Virus record (IMG/VR): IMGVR_UViG_3300023116_000009
Span: 1 to 64,000 of that record
Source: a virus
DNA length: 64,000 nt
Strand: one strand, 5' to 3'
The notes beneath the pieces were generated by a model that saw only the letters and a list, made by a program, of their open reading frames with translations, searched no databases and had not been told where the DNA came from. A program made the position numbers and the translations under genes. Below are positions 47,170-56,143 of the stretch, piece after piece. The stretch's first letter is position 1. Each line of letters begins with the position of its first letter.

Positions 47170-47324
47170 TTTTTTACTTCATCTATGATATCTAGGTACT
47201 CTTGATAGGGAACCATTATGGCAGTATCCGTTCCATTGGTTATTCCAATGGTTTCTCCATTCTCAACACGAGCAATGAGAGAGTCCCAATTCTGTTGCCA
47301 GTGTTCTATAGTGTAAATTTCCAT
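47154..47324 (-). CDS. Phd/YefM antitoxin-like small protein (56 aa, not in the ORF track)
   Basis: MEIYTIEHWQQNWDSLIARVENGETIGITNGTDTAIMVPYQEY follows the Phd/YefM N-terminal pattern. Confidence 0.55.
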   Translation of the reverse strand: MEIYTIEHWQQNWDSLIARVENGETIGITNGTDTAIMVPYQEYLDIIDEVKKCTKN

Positions 47325-47340
47325 GGTAATAAATTATAAA

Positions 47341-47412
47341 CTCCTCCGCCTGGATTCGAACCAGGGACCAATCGATTAACAGTCGATAGCTCTACCGCTG
47401 AGCTACAGAGGA
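47341..47412 (-). tRNA. trnN: tRNA-Asn(GTT)
   Basis: Full cloverleaf TCCTCTG..TAGCTCAGCGGTAGAGC..CTGTTAA..GGTTCGAATCC; no encoded CCA. Confidence 0.95.
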
Positions 47413-47415
47413 ATG

Positions 47416-47600
47416 TGGGTGGTGAGATTCTATCATACTCACAACTAGGAGGTCGCACTGATAGTAACGTTTCCCAGCACTTTCGGATTCCTTGGTATTG
47501 GATTCTGCAACTCTGGTCTCCCAGTATTACAGCGGGCACCACCCCTATCCTAGTATACATTATCCCGTGCATGACCGCATAGGATTATTCTGTCACACCC
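47416..47600 (-). ncRNA. Structured ncRNA, probably of the manA RNA family
   Basis: About 185-nt non-coding spacer closed by GGGTG../..CACCC, containing GGGGTGGTGCCCGCTG, ACCAAGG and GTATGA..GAATC segments, located between tRNAs. Family assignment is from memory. Confidence 0.6.
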
Positions 47601-47623
47601 TTTGAGAGACCGTCGCCTCTCAA

Positions 47624-47696
47624 TGGAGAATAGCGGACTCGAACCGCTGACATCCTGCTTGCAAAGCAGGCGCTCTACCAACTGAGCTAATTCCCC
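47624..47696 (-). tRNA. trnA: tRNA-Ala(TGC)
   Basis: GGGGAATTAGCTCAGTTGGTAGAGC..TTTGCAA..GGTTCGAGTCC..TCTCCA. Confidence 0.95.
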
Positions 47697-47736
47697 TGGC
47701 GACCCTTTTGTTGACGAGGTAGAGCCGAACCCCGTG
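47697..47736 (-). ncRNA. Putative H-type pseudoknot RNA element abutting tRNA-Ala
   Basis: S1 ACGGGGU/ACCUCGU, S2 CGGCUCU/AGGGUCG, A-rich loop 3, ends in CCA. Confidence 0.5.
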
Positions 47737-47801
47737 GAGAAAATGAGATGTGGACTCCCATATTCTTTTTCACTATGAAGAATGAAACATCATAGCGCCA
47801 G

Positions 47802-47875
47802 AGCCACAAGTCGGACTTGAACCGACGACCTACGGTTTACAAAACCGTTGCTCTATCCAGCTGAGCTATAGTGGC
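47802..47875 (-). tRNA. trnT: tRNA-Thr(TGT)
   Basis: GCCACTATAGCTCAGCTGGATAGAGC..TTTGTAA..GGTTCAAGTCC. Confidence 0.95.
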
Positions 47876-48063
47876 GATTGTTTTTCTTCTTTGGCGAGTT
47901 TGAAGTAGAGTTTGTAATACCTCTTCTTCATCTCATCAATGGCATCCATGTCTTCTTGGAAACCCATGTACTTGAAGAGTTGATAAGACCCTTCAAGTTC
48001 ACTGAGCAATCTTAGCACGTTAATCGAAGTTCTGTCAAGTCCTCCGAAGGTGTATTTACTCAT
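47866..48063 (-). CDS. Conserved cyanophage hypothetical protein
   Basis: 65-aa ORF; its 3' end overlaps the tRNA-Thr 5' end by 10 nt. Confidence 0.7.
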   Translation of the reverse strand: MSKYTFGGLDRTSINVLRLLSELEGSYQLFKYMGFQEDMDAIDEMKKRYYKLYFKLAKEEKQSPL

Positions 48064-48320
48064 GGGGGTAAAACAGAAACTTCATCAAGTTCAACTGGGA
48101 AGAGGAGTGGGTGCATCTCCTCTACCATAAGGTATTCACTGTTTTTAGTCAACTGTTCAATGTCCAAAGGTGGTTCAGAATCAGCAAGTGCCGTAACATA
48201 AGGATCACCCCTTTCTTCATCAGTAATGTCGTCGTAAACGAACGGCATTCCATTCATGAAATAGACAAGGGCAATCCCTATTGTATTAATGTAACGGTAA
48301 TCGCATCTGACTTGGTACAT
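48060..48320 (-). CDS. Hypothetical protein
   Basis: 86-aa ORF with an ATGA overlap. Confidence 0.7.
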   Translation of the reverse strand: MYQVRCDYRYINTIGIALVYFMNGMPFVYDDITDEERGDPYVTALADSEPPLDIEQLTKNSEYLMVEEMHPLLFPVELDEVSVLPP

Positions 48321-48330
48321 TTCTCTTAGG

Positions 48331-48415
48331 TAGGAGCGGGGGGACTTGAACCCCCACGGGCGCTATGCCCAGCGGATTTTAAGTCCGATACGTCTACCTA
48401 TTCCGTCACGCTCCC
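48331..48415 (-). tRNA. trnL: tRNA-Leu(TAA)
   Basis: Class II tRNA GGGAGCG..GGTAGACG..CTTAAAA..long variable arm..GGTTCAAGTCC. Confidence 0.93.
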
Positions 48416-48425
48416 AAAAAGAGAG

Positions 48426-48605
48426 TCAATAATCGTAAGTGATTTCAACTCTTTCAGAGTTAGAACGTACCAGTTTCAAAACTTGCTGGAACTGATCGGG
48501 TGTTTCACAAGTAACTGTCCTTTCGTTGCCTGCATCAGAATAAAGAGTGAACGTCCTGGAAGGGATACTCACGGTCACAAGTGCAACGGTTTCGTCAGTG
48601 AACAT
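48426..48605 (-). CDS. Hypothetical protein (59 aa, not in the ORF track)
   Basis: MFTDETVALVTVSIPSRTFTLYSDAGNERTVTCETPDQFQQVL. Confidence 0.7.
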   Translation of the reverse strand: MFTDETVALVTVSIPSRTFTLYSDAGNERTVTCETPDQFQQVLKLVRSNSERVEITYDY

Positions 48606-48629
48606 AATGTGTTTGTTTGGAACATAGTA

Positions 48630-48658
48630 ATAATACCACAGGTGTCTGGGTTTGTCAA
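48630..48658 (-). promoter_or_regulatory. Sigma70-type promoter for the tRNA cluster
   Basis: TTGACA-N17-TATTAT. Confidence 0.8.
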
Positions 48659-48665
48659 CCCCCCA

Positions 48666-49631
48666 TCAGTTGAGGTAGACACCTGTCAAACAGTCCACAT
48701 CAAGGTATGGACCACCAGCAAACAAATTCAGGGTTCCCAATGCAGCAACCGTGCTGATGTTACCAAGAGCGGCAGTATGATTAATACCACCAGCAGCACA
48801 AGTAACTGCAAACGATGGTTCTGTTGGTGCTAGGGGTCCTGTGGGCACGCCCGTAGGTGATCCTATCACACGAAGACCTGAGATCTTGTAATCAACCTTT
48901 CCATTGACAACATACTCAAGATTACTAAGAGTAGTACAACGAATATGCCCTAAGGCATACATTTCAATATCTCCAAGTGATTTTAATTCTAAAACACCAC
49001 CAGGGTTTGTCTGCTCAATAATATAAGTACCAGCAAAAGAATCTCTCATGATGCCACCTTTTTTCAAATCTCTTTGAATATTCATGGCAGTTGTAACACT
49101 TTTACCACTATCTACTGTATGAGTTCCAGTAATATTTTGACCAAGATCTGAGTAGTTATGAACTGCATTTCCTTTGACAGTTAGATTATCCTCACCATTG
49201 ATAGTTGTGTATCGGTTACCTTTTACAACAGTGTGCATATCACCTTCTACATCAAGGTGAATGTTACCAGTTACATTTAAAACAAATCTGTCATTTTTAC
49301 TTGGGTCTTCATTATCAAGAGTATGTCCACACTTGACATTAATATGTCTAGCGGCAATTACATTAACATCTCTAACTGGGGTGTGAATTTGAACATCCCC
49401 ATTTTGAAACATCTTGATATATGCACCAGTAGTTCCATGGCGAAAGTTAATGTATTCATTATCTTCAGTTTCATTGAATTCCCATTTATGTCCACATAAA
49501 AATGTTTTTGCTTTATTATAAGGATACTCAACCTTTTCACTCTTATCATTTTCAATGATAGATTTGGTTGCCGCAATTGCGGCATCCGACATTCCATTCT
49601 TTTTTGCTTCTGCTTCGTCAAATGTATGCAT
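48666..49631 (-). CDS. gp5: gp5 C-terminal-like baseplate spike protein
   Basis: YPYN....GH..EF..T...E.I..RH.TG motif, then V.GN/GD beta-helix repeats; start overlaps the upstream stop (TAATG). Confidence 0.8.
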   Translation of the reverse strand: MHTFDEAEAKKNGMSDAAIAATKSIIENDKSEKVEYPYNKAKTFLCGHKWEFNETEDNEYINFRHGTTGAYIKMFQNGDVQIHTPVRDVNVIAARHINVKCGHTLDNEDPSKNDRFVLNVTGNIHLDVEGDMHTVVKGNRYTTINGEDNLTVKGNAVHNYSDLGQNITGTHTVDSGKSVTTAMNIQRDLKKGGIMRDSFAGTYIIEQTNPGGVLELKSLGDIEMYALGHIRCTTLSNLEYVVNGKVDYKISGLRVIGSPTGVPTGPLAPTEPSFAVTCAAGGINHTAALGNISTVAALGTLNLFAGGPYLDVDCLTGVYLN

Positions 49632-51829
49632 TAATAATCTCCTGGGTATCCTACACAATCAATAATGTCACGATAATCATCGAACAGATTTAGATACTGC
49701 TTAGCATCCTTCCTAGGTATGTATCTCAAAACTGGTTTAATGATAGCTCTCCTTTGATCACCAGTACTAATGTTTGGATTGGTACATCCAATATACATCT
49801 TAGGTAAATCAGTAAAACCAAATCCCTCCTTCACAACTTTGACTGAAATTAATCTTCCATTAACAATAACAGGTTCCAGTTCTGGTAAAACAACATTAGT
49901 ATCTTCATCATCTCCAACTTCTACAATAATACCACAAGTTCCATCAAGATTTTCTCCCGCATTTAAAACTTGAGGGGGATTGTTAGGAGTAATGATTCCC
50001 AACCAGTAAGAGTTGTCTGCGTGAACTCCGTAAATTCTTTCATAATCTGGATTCCCATCAGCATCTGTTGGGACAGTTGGATTCAAATTAGAACCATCAA
50101 AATATGGATATCCACCTCCAGATTTTCTAACCAGAATGTCCGTGACTTGACCATCTTTAATAATTGGTTCTAATTCTGCATTACCACCCCAATTCCTATA
50201 TGGTTTAACTGATATCTTAGCACCTGAATCAGATAATCCATTTCCAGGATTTGTAATAACACCACCAACAACTCTGCCTTTACTAGTTACAACTGGAATT
50301 GCTCTTGGGTAATCAGTTCCTTTAGAGTAACTACTTGGGAATGGACCTGGGAAACCAGCAAGTGCAGCATCATACTTATACTTGAGTCCAGTGAAAATCA
50401 ACTCTGGAATTGCAGGGAATACAAATTTATTTGCTTTAGAGCAATTGAGCGTACCCTTTGCAACCTTACCATCACTTCCAATGATCTGAGTATTTTCGAA
50501 AGTGGATAAGAAAGAGTCGCTACCAAATAATCCAATTTCTGCCTCATTGGGAAGATTACCAAAGGTTTCAATTCTATTCATGAAACCACCGATTGAATTA
50601 TCGTTACTCTCACCTTCCTTAGTGGTATACTCACCGATACCAAGAATGCAAGAGAGTTGCCCATCACAGAAAAGAGCAACCAATTCTCCAATCTTTTTCA
50701 ACCAACTTCCACCCCAATCACCATACTGAGCAATGATAGAAGTTACACTACTCAATGCACCAAGAGCTTGACCAACCAATTCACTAATCTTTGAGGTAAC
50801 CGCCTCAATAATATCCTGTACCATACAGAATGCAGCATTAACAGCATCTTCAATAATTCCAGTGACAATATCCAAAAGAAGATTGAGTAGTTCTTCTAAG
50901 ATAGTTTTAAAGATACATTTAAGGATTTCGATGAATACATCACCTGCTTCATTTGCTGCCCAAATTGACAACGATTTCTTTTGCGGACTTAGCGATAATG
51001 CCGTAGTAAGAGGAGTAACAATGAATTCCTTAAAATACTTCTTAAACTCATTAAGAATTAATTGTTTAATATCTCCAAGAATGCTTGCAGATGCTGCTGC
51101 TAATCTACTTGTATATGTTTGAATGAGTCCAGCAGTTTTTGTGATATTGCCTGTGAGTTTGTTTACAAAAACACTGCCAATTTTTTCATTCTTACCAACA
51201 AATTGAAACAGATCGTTTAAAATTTTAGCAAAGTCACTCTCTGGTCTTGGACCACATTTTCCATTCGATACTGTAAAAGTTTGCCTTTCATTTTCTGCCT
51301 GTTCTTTATCGTTGGCACTTGCTGTTCCAGTTTTACTTCCACGATTTGACTGCCCATGCCCACCAGAACCTTCTTTGTTATTCTGGACAAGTTTTTCTGC
51401 CCTTGTCGAATGGTCGTTTGAGAGTCCTTCATTATTGACTCTATCAGTATAAGTGTCTTGCCTCTTATCTACAATCCCAATGGATCCCATTACAAGAGGT
51501 TGTTGAGCACTCTCACCATCCATAAAAGTTCCAAGCACCCACATCCCATTCTCAAGACCATGCACAGTGCCAGAAGAGTGTCTGGTAATTGTCTCTGTGG
51601 TGGGCATGAGAACGGATGCCCAAGGTAAATCTTGTGGTTTGAGTTGGTTTCTACTTCTAGTATGATATCCCATGATTCTAACCTTTACACGGTTAGATTC
51701 TTGATAATCTTCACACTTATCACCAGTGATGGTTACTGCACCATCACCTTCAATCTGTCCCACCCAAAGGCGATTACCTTGTGCTCCAAACCAATAGTTA
51801 GATTCTAATGTTGGTGATGCTCCTAGCAT
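49631..51829 (-). CDS. gp5: gp5 N-terminal baseplate hub protein (OB-fold)
   Basis: WVGQIE..RVKVRIMGYH..LPWASV.MP..G.WVLG.FMDGESAQQP.VMGSI. Confidence 0.88.
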   Translation of the reverse strand: MLGASPTLESNYWFGAQGNRLWVGQIEGDGAVTITGDKCEDYQESNRVKVRIMGYHTRSRNQLKPQDLPWASVLMPTTETITRHSSGTVHGLENGMWVLGTFMDGESAQQPLVMGSIGIVDKRQDTYTDRVNNEGLSNDHSTRAEKLVQNNKEGSGGHGQSNRGSKTGTASANDKEQAENERQTFTVSNGKCGPRPESDFAKILNDLFQFVGKNEKIGSVFVNKLTGNITKTAGLIQTYTSRLAAASASILGDIKQLILNEFKKYFKEFIVTPLTTALSLSPQKKSLSIWAANEAGDVFIEILKCIFKTILEELLNLLLDIVTGIIEDAVNAAFCMVQDIIEAVTSKISELVGQALGALSSVTSIIAQYGDWGGSWLKKIGELVALFCDGQLSCILGIGEYTTKEGESNDNSIGGFMNRIETFGNLPNEAEIGLFGSDSFLSTFENTQIIGSDGKVAKGTLNCSKANKFVFPAIPELIFTGLKYKYDAALAGFPGPFPSSYSKGTDYPRAIPVVTSKGRVVGGVITNPGNGLSDSGAKISVKPYRNWGGNAELEPIIKDGQVTDILVRKSGGGYPYFDGSNLNPTVPTDADGNPDYERIYGVHADNSYWLGIITPNNPPQVLNAGENLDGTCGIIVEVGDDEDTNVVLPELEPVIVNGRLISVKVVKEGFGFTDLPKMYIGCTNPNISTGDQRRAIIKPVLRYIPRKDAKQYLNLFDDYRDIIDCVGYPGDY

Positions 51830-51835
51830 TTATAA

Positions 51836-52048
51836 TCAATCCTCGTAAATTCTACATTCAGATGCGTCAGGATGAGTATCACAATACAATTCCAATGGTG
51901 TTGGATCATGATGATCTTCAGGATGCTTTTCAGCATATGCCTGAAGTTCTTCCAACTCTCCTTCAATGTGACGGCGACGTTGTGGAGAAAGTTGCGGATT
52001 TGCAAGTTCTTCCTTATCTGCAGCAATATGTTGTTCGATGTTTTCCAT
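51836..52048 (-). CDS. cp12: CP12 Calvin-cycle inhibitor (auxiliary metabolic gene)
   Basis: C-terminal PTPLELYCDTHPDASECRIYED is the CP12 CxxxPxxxxC motif. Confidence 0.9.
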   Translation of the reverse strand: MENIEQHIAADKEELANPQLSPQRRRHIEGELEELQAYAEKHPEDHHDPTPLELYCDTHPDASECRIYED

Positions 52049-52049
52049 G

Positions 52050-53357
52050 TTACACTCCAAATGAATCTCGTACTAAAACTAAATCTGTATTGAGTTTGTC
52101 CTCGTGCTTTGAAAATAAGTGAGTCAAACTAAAGATAATATAGCGTCCACTGTAAGTTTTGTCAATAGACCCATCTTGTGCGGTGAACTCAACTTCCAAA
52201 ACATTACCAGCATTGATTGCCATGTTACCATCAACTCTTGCGGTCATAATAGTGTTCGAGAATACTCCCATTCTTTGAATAGATTGAGAGATAGTTTCTT
52301 TAAACAGCATTTTACTTTCAGTATTTTTCTCAGATCCAGGTTCTAAGAAAAGGTCATCATTATAAGAAACCGCCATAGTGCGGGTTGGACGATCATCTAG
52401 CACTTCACTATATAGTTGAGGTAAGGAACTGCTTTCGCCAATCTTAGTCCATTTTGCATAGTTTTCCTTCAAAGTATACTTTTGAGTAACTACTTCACAA
52501 TTGACCGTATCAAAAAATTCTACTGTACCAGAAAAGAATCCTCGATCAAAATCGTTAAACATATCAACTGCTTTAGGGAATTGGGGATTGTTAAGTCGAT
52601 AAACTTCATCCACACCTCCAAGTCCAGTGCCTGTTGAATATGTAAACACGACATCTTTCTGTGCAGCAATTGCATCAATTGATTTAAAGTAATAAGATCG
52701 ATACGTTTCCCAAAACAAATATCCAGCACTAACAAATTTACCTCCAGAGGAAGAGGTTTTCTGATCCTTTCCAATAAATTTGTTTCTTGCCCAAATTAAA
52801 ACATCATATGGTCTAGACATTGGTGGGATGAAAGTGAGTTTATTGACACTTTCTGAGACATTTTGACTGTATGGTTTTTTAGTTTGTAAGGTATTACCTA
52901 AAATATCTTGTACCAAATCTGTTGCGGCAACAGAAGTATACTTCTTACACACACGCTCTTGAGCAGACAAGATAGCATCCTTTCTACACAATTCAACTAC
53001 AATGATCTTACCTGTGTCAATTACTTGCTTATCATGAATATGGTAAGCATACAATGGTCCATTTGAAGAATCCTCGGTAAATTCATACTTTAAATTGTGG
53101 GTATTTTCTGTTACAATAATTTCAAATTTCTCCATCCCAACAAGAACGTCAGTAAGTTGTGATGTAGTATCAGCAATTTGAAGAGTTACCGATAAGAATT
53201 GATTTAACAATCCCTCTCTATATTCAAACTGGAGGATAGATCCCTTATCAATGAATACTTTTGTTTTGTTTTCAGGTGAATCGGTTTTGGCATAAGTAAC
53301 CGCTACTGATTCAATTCTAAAATTTTTAAGAATGAGTGGTGCTACTGCCATTGTCAA
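52050..53357 (-). CDS. Baseplate hub protein (gp27-like by position and size)
   Basis: 435 aa between the tape-measure-like genes and gp5; F.Y.E.L...F.S..L.I.D N-terminus. Confidence 0.6.
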   Translation of the reverse strand: MTMAVAPLILKNFRIESVAVTYAKTDSPENKTKVFIDKGSILQFEYREGLLNQFLSVTLQIADTTSQLTDVLVGMEKFEIIVTENTHNLKYEFTEDSSNGPLYAYHIHDKQVIDTGKIIVVELCRKDAILSAQERVCKKYTSVAATDLVQDILGNTLQTKKPYSQNVSESVNKLTFIPPMSRPYDVLIWARNKFIGKDQKTSSSGGKFVSAGYLFWETYRSYYFKSIDAIAAQKDVVFTYSTGTGLGGVDEVYRLNNPQFPKAVDMFNDFDRGFFSGTVEFFDTVNCEVVTQKYTLKENYAKWTKIGESSSLPQLYSEVLDDRPTRTMAVSYNDDLFLEPGSEKNTESKMLFKETISQSIQRMGVFSNTIMTARVDGNMAINAGNVLEVEFTAQDGSIDKTYSGRYIIFSLTHLFSKHEDKLNTDLVLVRDSFGV

Positions 53358-56140
53358 AATCCTCCAGGTTGTAATTTAGGTCCACTACTTACAGAATCAG
53401 TTCTCTTAGGTGATTTGGGTGGTTGTGATTGATTTGGTTTTGGTTTTCCTCTCATGCCAATTGCACTGAGGAATCTTTCCTGCCAATTAATTTCCCTCTT
53501 TGGGTTTTGTGCTGGTGGTGTTTTCGCAGGAGGTGGTTTGACCATTGGAATTGTTGGTCCTTGATGCTTCGAAGATTCTAATTGAGTAGATCTTGCTATT
53601 TCCTGAGGAGTTGCAGTTTTCTTTTGCATCGCCTTCAATTGTTCTGGAGACATTCTTCTTACTTTCTCCAGCATTGCCTTTTCAGATGCACTCGCTTTAT
53701 CCGTAGGACCAACCCACTGGGTATATCCAGATTGCTTTAACAGTTGTAGTGCTAATTGATCTTGAATTTGAGTACTAAACTTCTGACTCTTATCTATTCC
53801 CATCGAGTTGACAAGATTTTTAAGAGTGCTTCCAATGAATTGGTATCTACCAACAGCATGTAATTTTCCCTGTTCCTTCCACTGCTCATTGCTAAGAGTT
53901 CCATCATCTGCTTGCAGTGCCATAATATCAGCGATAGTCATATCAGTCAATGACTTACCTCCATGCTGCTTCATGTTACGAATATCACCAGCAAATCCCT
54001 CAGTTCCTCTGCCACCTGCAGTGCCAATCTGGTTGACAGCATTATAACCACCAACAGAATCAGATTCATACTTACCAATAATATCAAGTGCTTTTTTAGC
54101 ATCACCTGTATAACCTCCTTCTGGAGCAGGACCAACATTTCCCCCTACAGTATTCCCGCTAGTTCCACTTGGAGTGTATCCAGTCGTATTTGGTGCTGCA
54201 TTTGCAGTTCCACCAATTAATCCATTTAAAATATCATTACCAAGTTTTTTAAGTTTGTCAAACAAATTATCTTGGGACTTATTAAGTTGAAAACTACTCA
54301 AACCAGTACTCTTCAATACTCCTGAGAATAATTGATCAATCTCCTTCATTGCCTCTTTAGGCATCAATCCAGACAAAGGTTGCAGAATACTATTAGCAAA
54401 GTTAACTAACGTTAATGCTGAAATTTTTTGTGGAAGTAAAATACCAGATTGAAGTGGTTTATTGAGTTTTGAAATTCTATCATCTTTACTCAAAAAATTG
54501 CTTACTGGAGTAAGTTTTTTATGCTTACCATCAGTAAAATGTCCACCCTTTGCTGCTTTTCTTGGTGGCACTTTGCCACTCATTTGATCATTAATATCAA
54601 CAGGTTTTGAACCTGGGACAGGAACTGCTTCGCCCCTCGCTCCAGGTTTTGTCACATCCCCCATTGGATTTTTATCACCATCTACATAACGTTTTCCAGT
54701 TTCATCCCTGCTGTCAACGTGTCCCTGCCATCTAAAATAATCTCCAAAACTTTGGGGACCTGCCCTCTCTCCAGTTCTTACAGTTGGTTCTGCTGAAAAC
54801 TGACTGCTTGGATTTAAAGTTTCCCCAAGTTGATCAAATGCATTCCAATTCTCAGGTGTCCTATTATTTGGATCTGGATCTGGAATAATACCAAGTGGAT
54901 CCCACCATTGATTATTTTCACCCTTTAATGGTTTGGTAAAAAATGGTTCTAAAACATCAATAAGTTGAGGAAGTAAGAATGCACCGAGAGCACCGACTAA
55001 ACCACCAATTCCTGCTTTTTTCAATGGACCCAATAATGGACCCAAAAGATCTAATAAGAAATTGCTTTTTGCCTCTGCAGATGAATCCTTTGTAGGATCT
55101 AGTGAATCTTCCGCTTCTAATTCTCTTTCTCTCTTCCTTGCTGCTAATCTTTGCGTTAAGGTTTTATCAATCTTCTTTTTAAACTCAAATCTTTTCTTTT
55201 CAAGTTTATAAAGATTAAATAATGCGATTCTTGTGTCAACGACATTATCATGAATTTCTTTGATAGTCGAACTTAATCCCATGCCGTCCGTAGACAGCAT
55301 CTTCCTATCAAGTTTCTTCTTTCCTCTTGTTTTCCTTCTCTTGGTTTTCCCAGGTTGAGGAAGAGGTTCAGGTTCGTTCCTTACTTGCTCAAGTAGTTCA
55401 TCTAACTTAGTGCCAAGTTGATCTGGTACTTCAGATTCCCATTCCTCCTCAAGTTCATCTTGCCCTGGAGGTAGTTGCCTATCTCTAGAAATAATAGTAT
55501 CTTCTCTTCCTGGTGGAAGTTGCCTATCTTTAGGAATAATTGGATCAGGACCAATTGGATCACTATACTGGGTTTTACCCTTATTCCTTTTCCTCTGCTT
55601 AGGACCAATTGGTTCAGAATACTGATCTGGATCTGTATTCTCTCTGGTCTTTCGTCTTGACTCTAACTGCTCTTGCTGTTTTCTCTTAAACTCTTCAAAA
55701 TCTCGCTTCTGTTGTGCAATCAACTCATCGATTGCATCCATAATTTTATCAGAAGTTTCTTCTAACTTCTTGTCGAGTTTCTCCTCAACATCATCAACTA
55801 ATTTATCCTGTGGTTTATATACTCTAGTGTTTCCAGTATTGAGGTTTAGTTTGCCACCCTTTGCTTCTTCAAGTCCATAGAATTCTTTCAAAATCATCCT
55901 AATATTAATGATGCCAGCAGTTTCCCTGCCTGTCATCAAATCACTTTCAATATTGTCATAGTAATTTGGAAGATCTGAAGGTGCTAACCAAGTTTCTCTA
56001 CCTGCAATAAGTCGCTGTGCTTTATCAATCCCATCTTGAGTACGTGGGAAAAGACCATACGCAATAAGAATCCCAGCAGCAATTTCTCTATGTGCTGGTT
56101 TTGTGAATTTCTTTATCGCTTTCTTTGGAATATTTGCCAT
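53354..56140 (-). CDS. Tail/tape-measure-like protein with a lysozyme-like domain
   Basis: ALDIIGKYES..GGYNA..MTIADIM.LQ..HAVGRYQF..TL..KFS..QD.LA resembles a muramidase fold. Confidence 0.75.
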   Translation of the reverse strand: MANIPKKAIKKFTKPAHREIAAGILIAYGLFPRTQDGIDKAQRLIAGRETWLAPSDLPNYYDNIESDLMTGRETAGIINIRMILKEFYGLEEAKGGKLNLNTGNTRVYKPQDKLVDDVEEKLDKKLEETSDKIMDAIDELIAQQKRDFEEFKRKQQEQLESRRKTRENTDPDQYSEPIGPKQRKRNKGKTQYSDPIGPDPIIPKDRQLPPGREDTIISRDRQLPPGQDELEEEWESEVPDQLGTKLDELLEQVRNEPEPLPQPGKTKRRKTRGKKKLDRKMLSTDGMGLSSTIKEIHDNVVDTRIALFNLYKLEKKRFEFKKKIDKTLTQRLAARKRERELEAEDSLDPTKDSSAEAKSNFLLDLLGPLLGPLKKAGIGGLVGALGAFLLPQLIDVLEPFFTKPLKGENNQWWDPLGIIPDPDPNNRTPENWNAFDQLGETLNPSSQFSAEPTVRTGERAGPQSFGDYFRWQGHVDSRDETGKRYVDGDKNPMGDVTKPGARGEAVPVPGSKPVDINDQMSGKVPPRKAAKGGHFTDGKHKKLTPVSNFLSKDDRISKLNKPLQSGILLPQKISALTLVNFANSILQPLSGLMPKEAMKEIDQLFSGVLKSTGLSSFQLNKSQDNLFDKLKKLGNDILNGLIGGTANAAPNTTGYTPSGTSGNTVGGNVGPAPEGGYTGDAKKALDIIGKYESDSVGGYNAVNQIGTAGGRGTEGFAGDIRNMKQHGGKSLTDMTIADIMALQADDGTLSNEQWKEQGKLHAVGRYQFIGSTLKNLVNSMGIDKSQKFSTQIQDQLALQLLKQSGYTQWVGPTDKASASEKAMLEKVRRMSPEQLKAMQKKTATPQEIARSTQLESSKHQGPTIPMVKPPPAKTPPAQNPKREINWQERFLSAIGMRGKPKPNQSQPPKSPKRTDSVSSGPKLQPGGF

Positions 56141-56143
56141 TTA

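Noticed and set aside
47306-47572. 88-aa minus-strand ORF
   Set aside because: It overlaps tRNA-Asn and the structured ncRNA; the translation has no protein-like features.
47697-47800. A fifth (degenerate) tRNA
   Set aside because: It ends in CCA and has GGTTCG, but no cloverleaf, D-arm or 7-bp acceptor stem can be built; reported instead as a pseudoknot RNA candidate.
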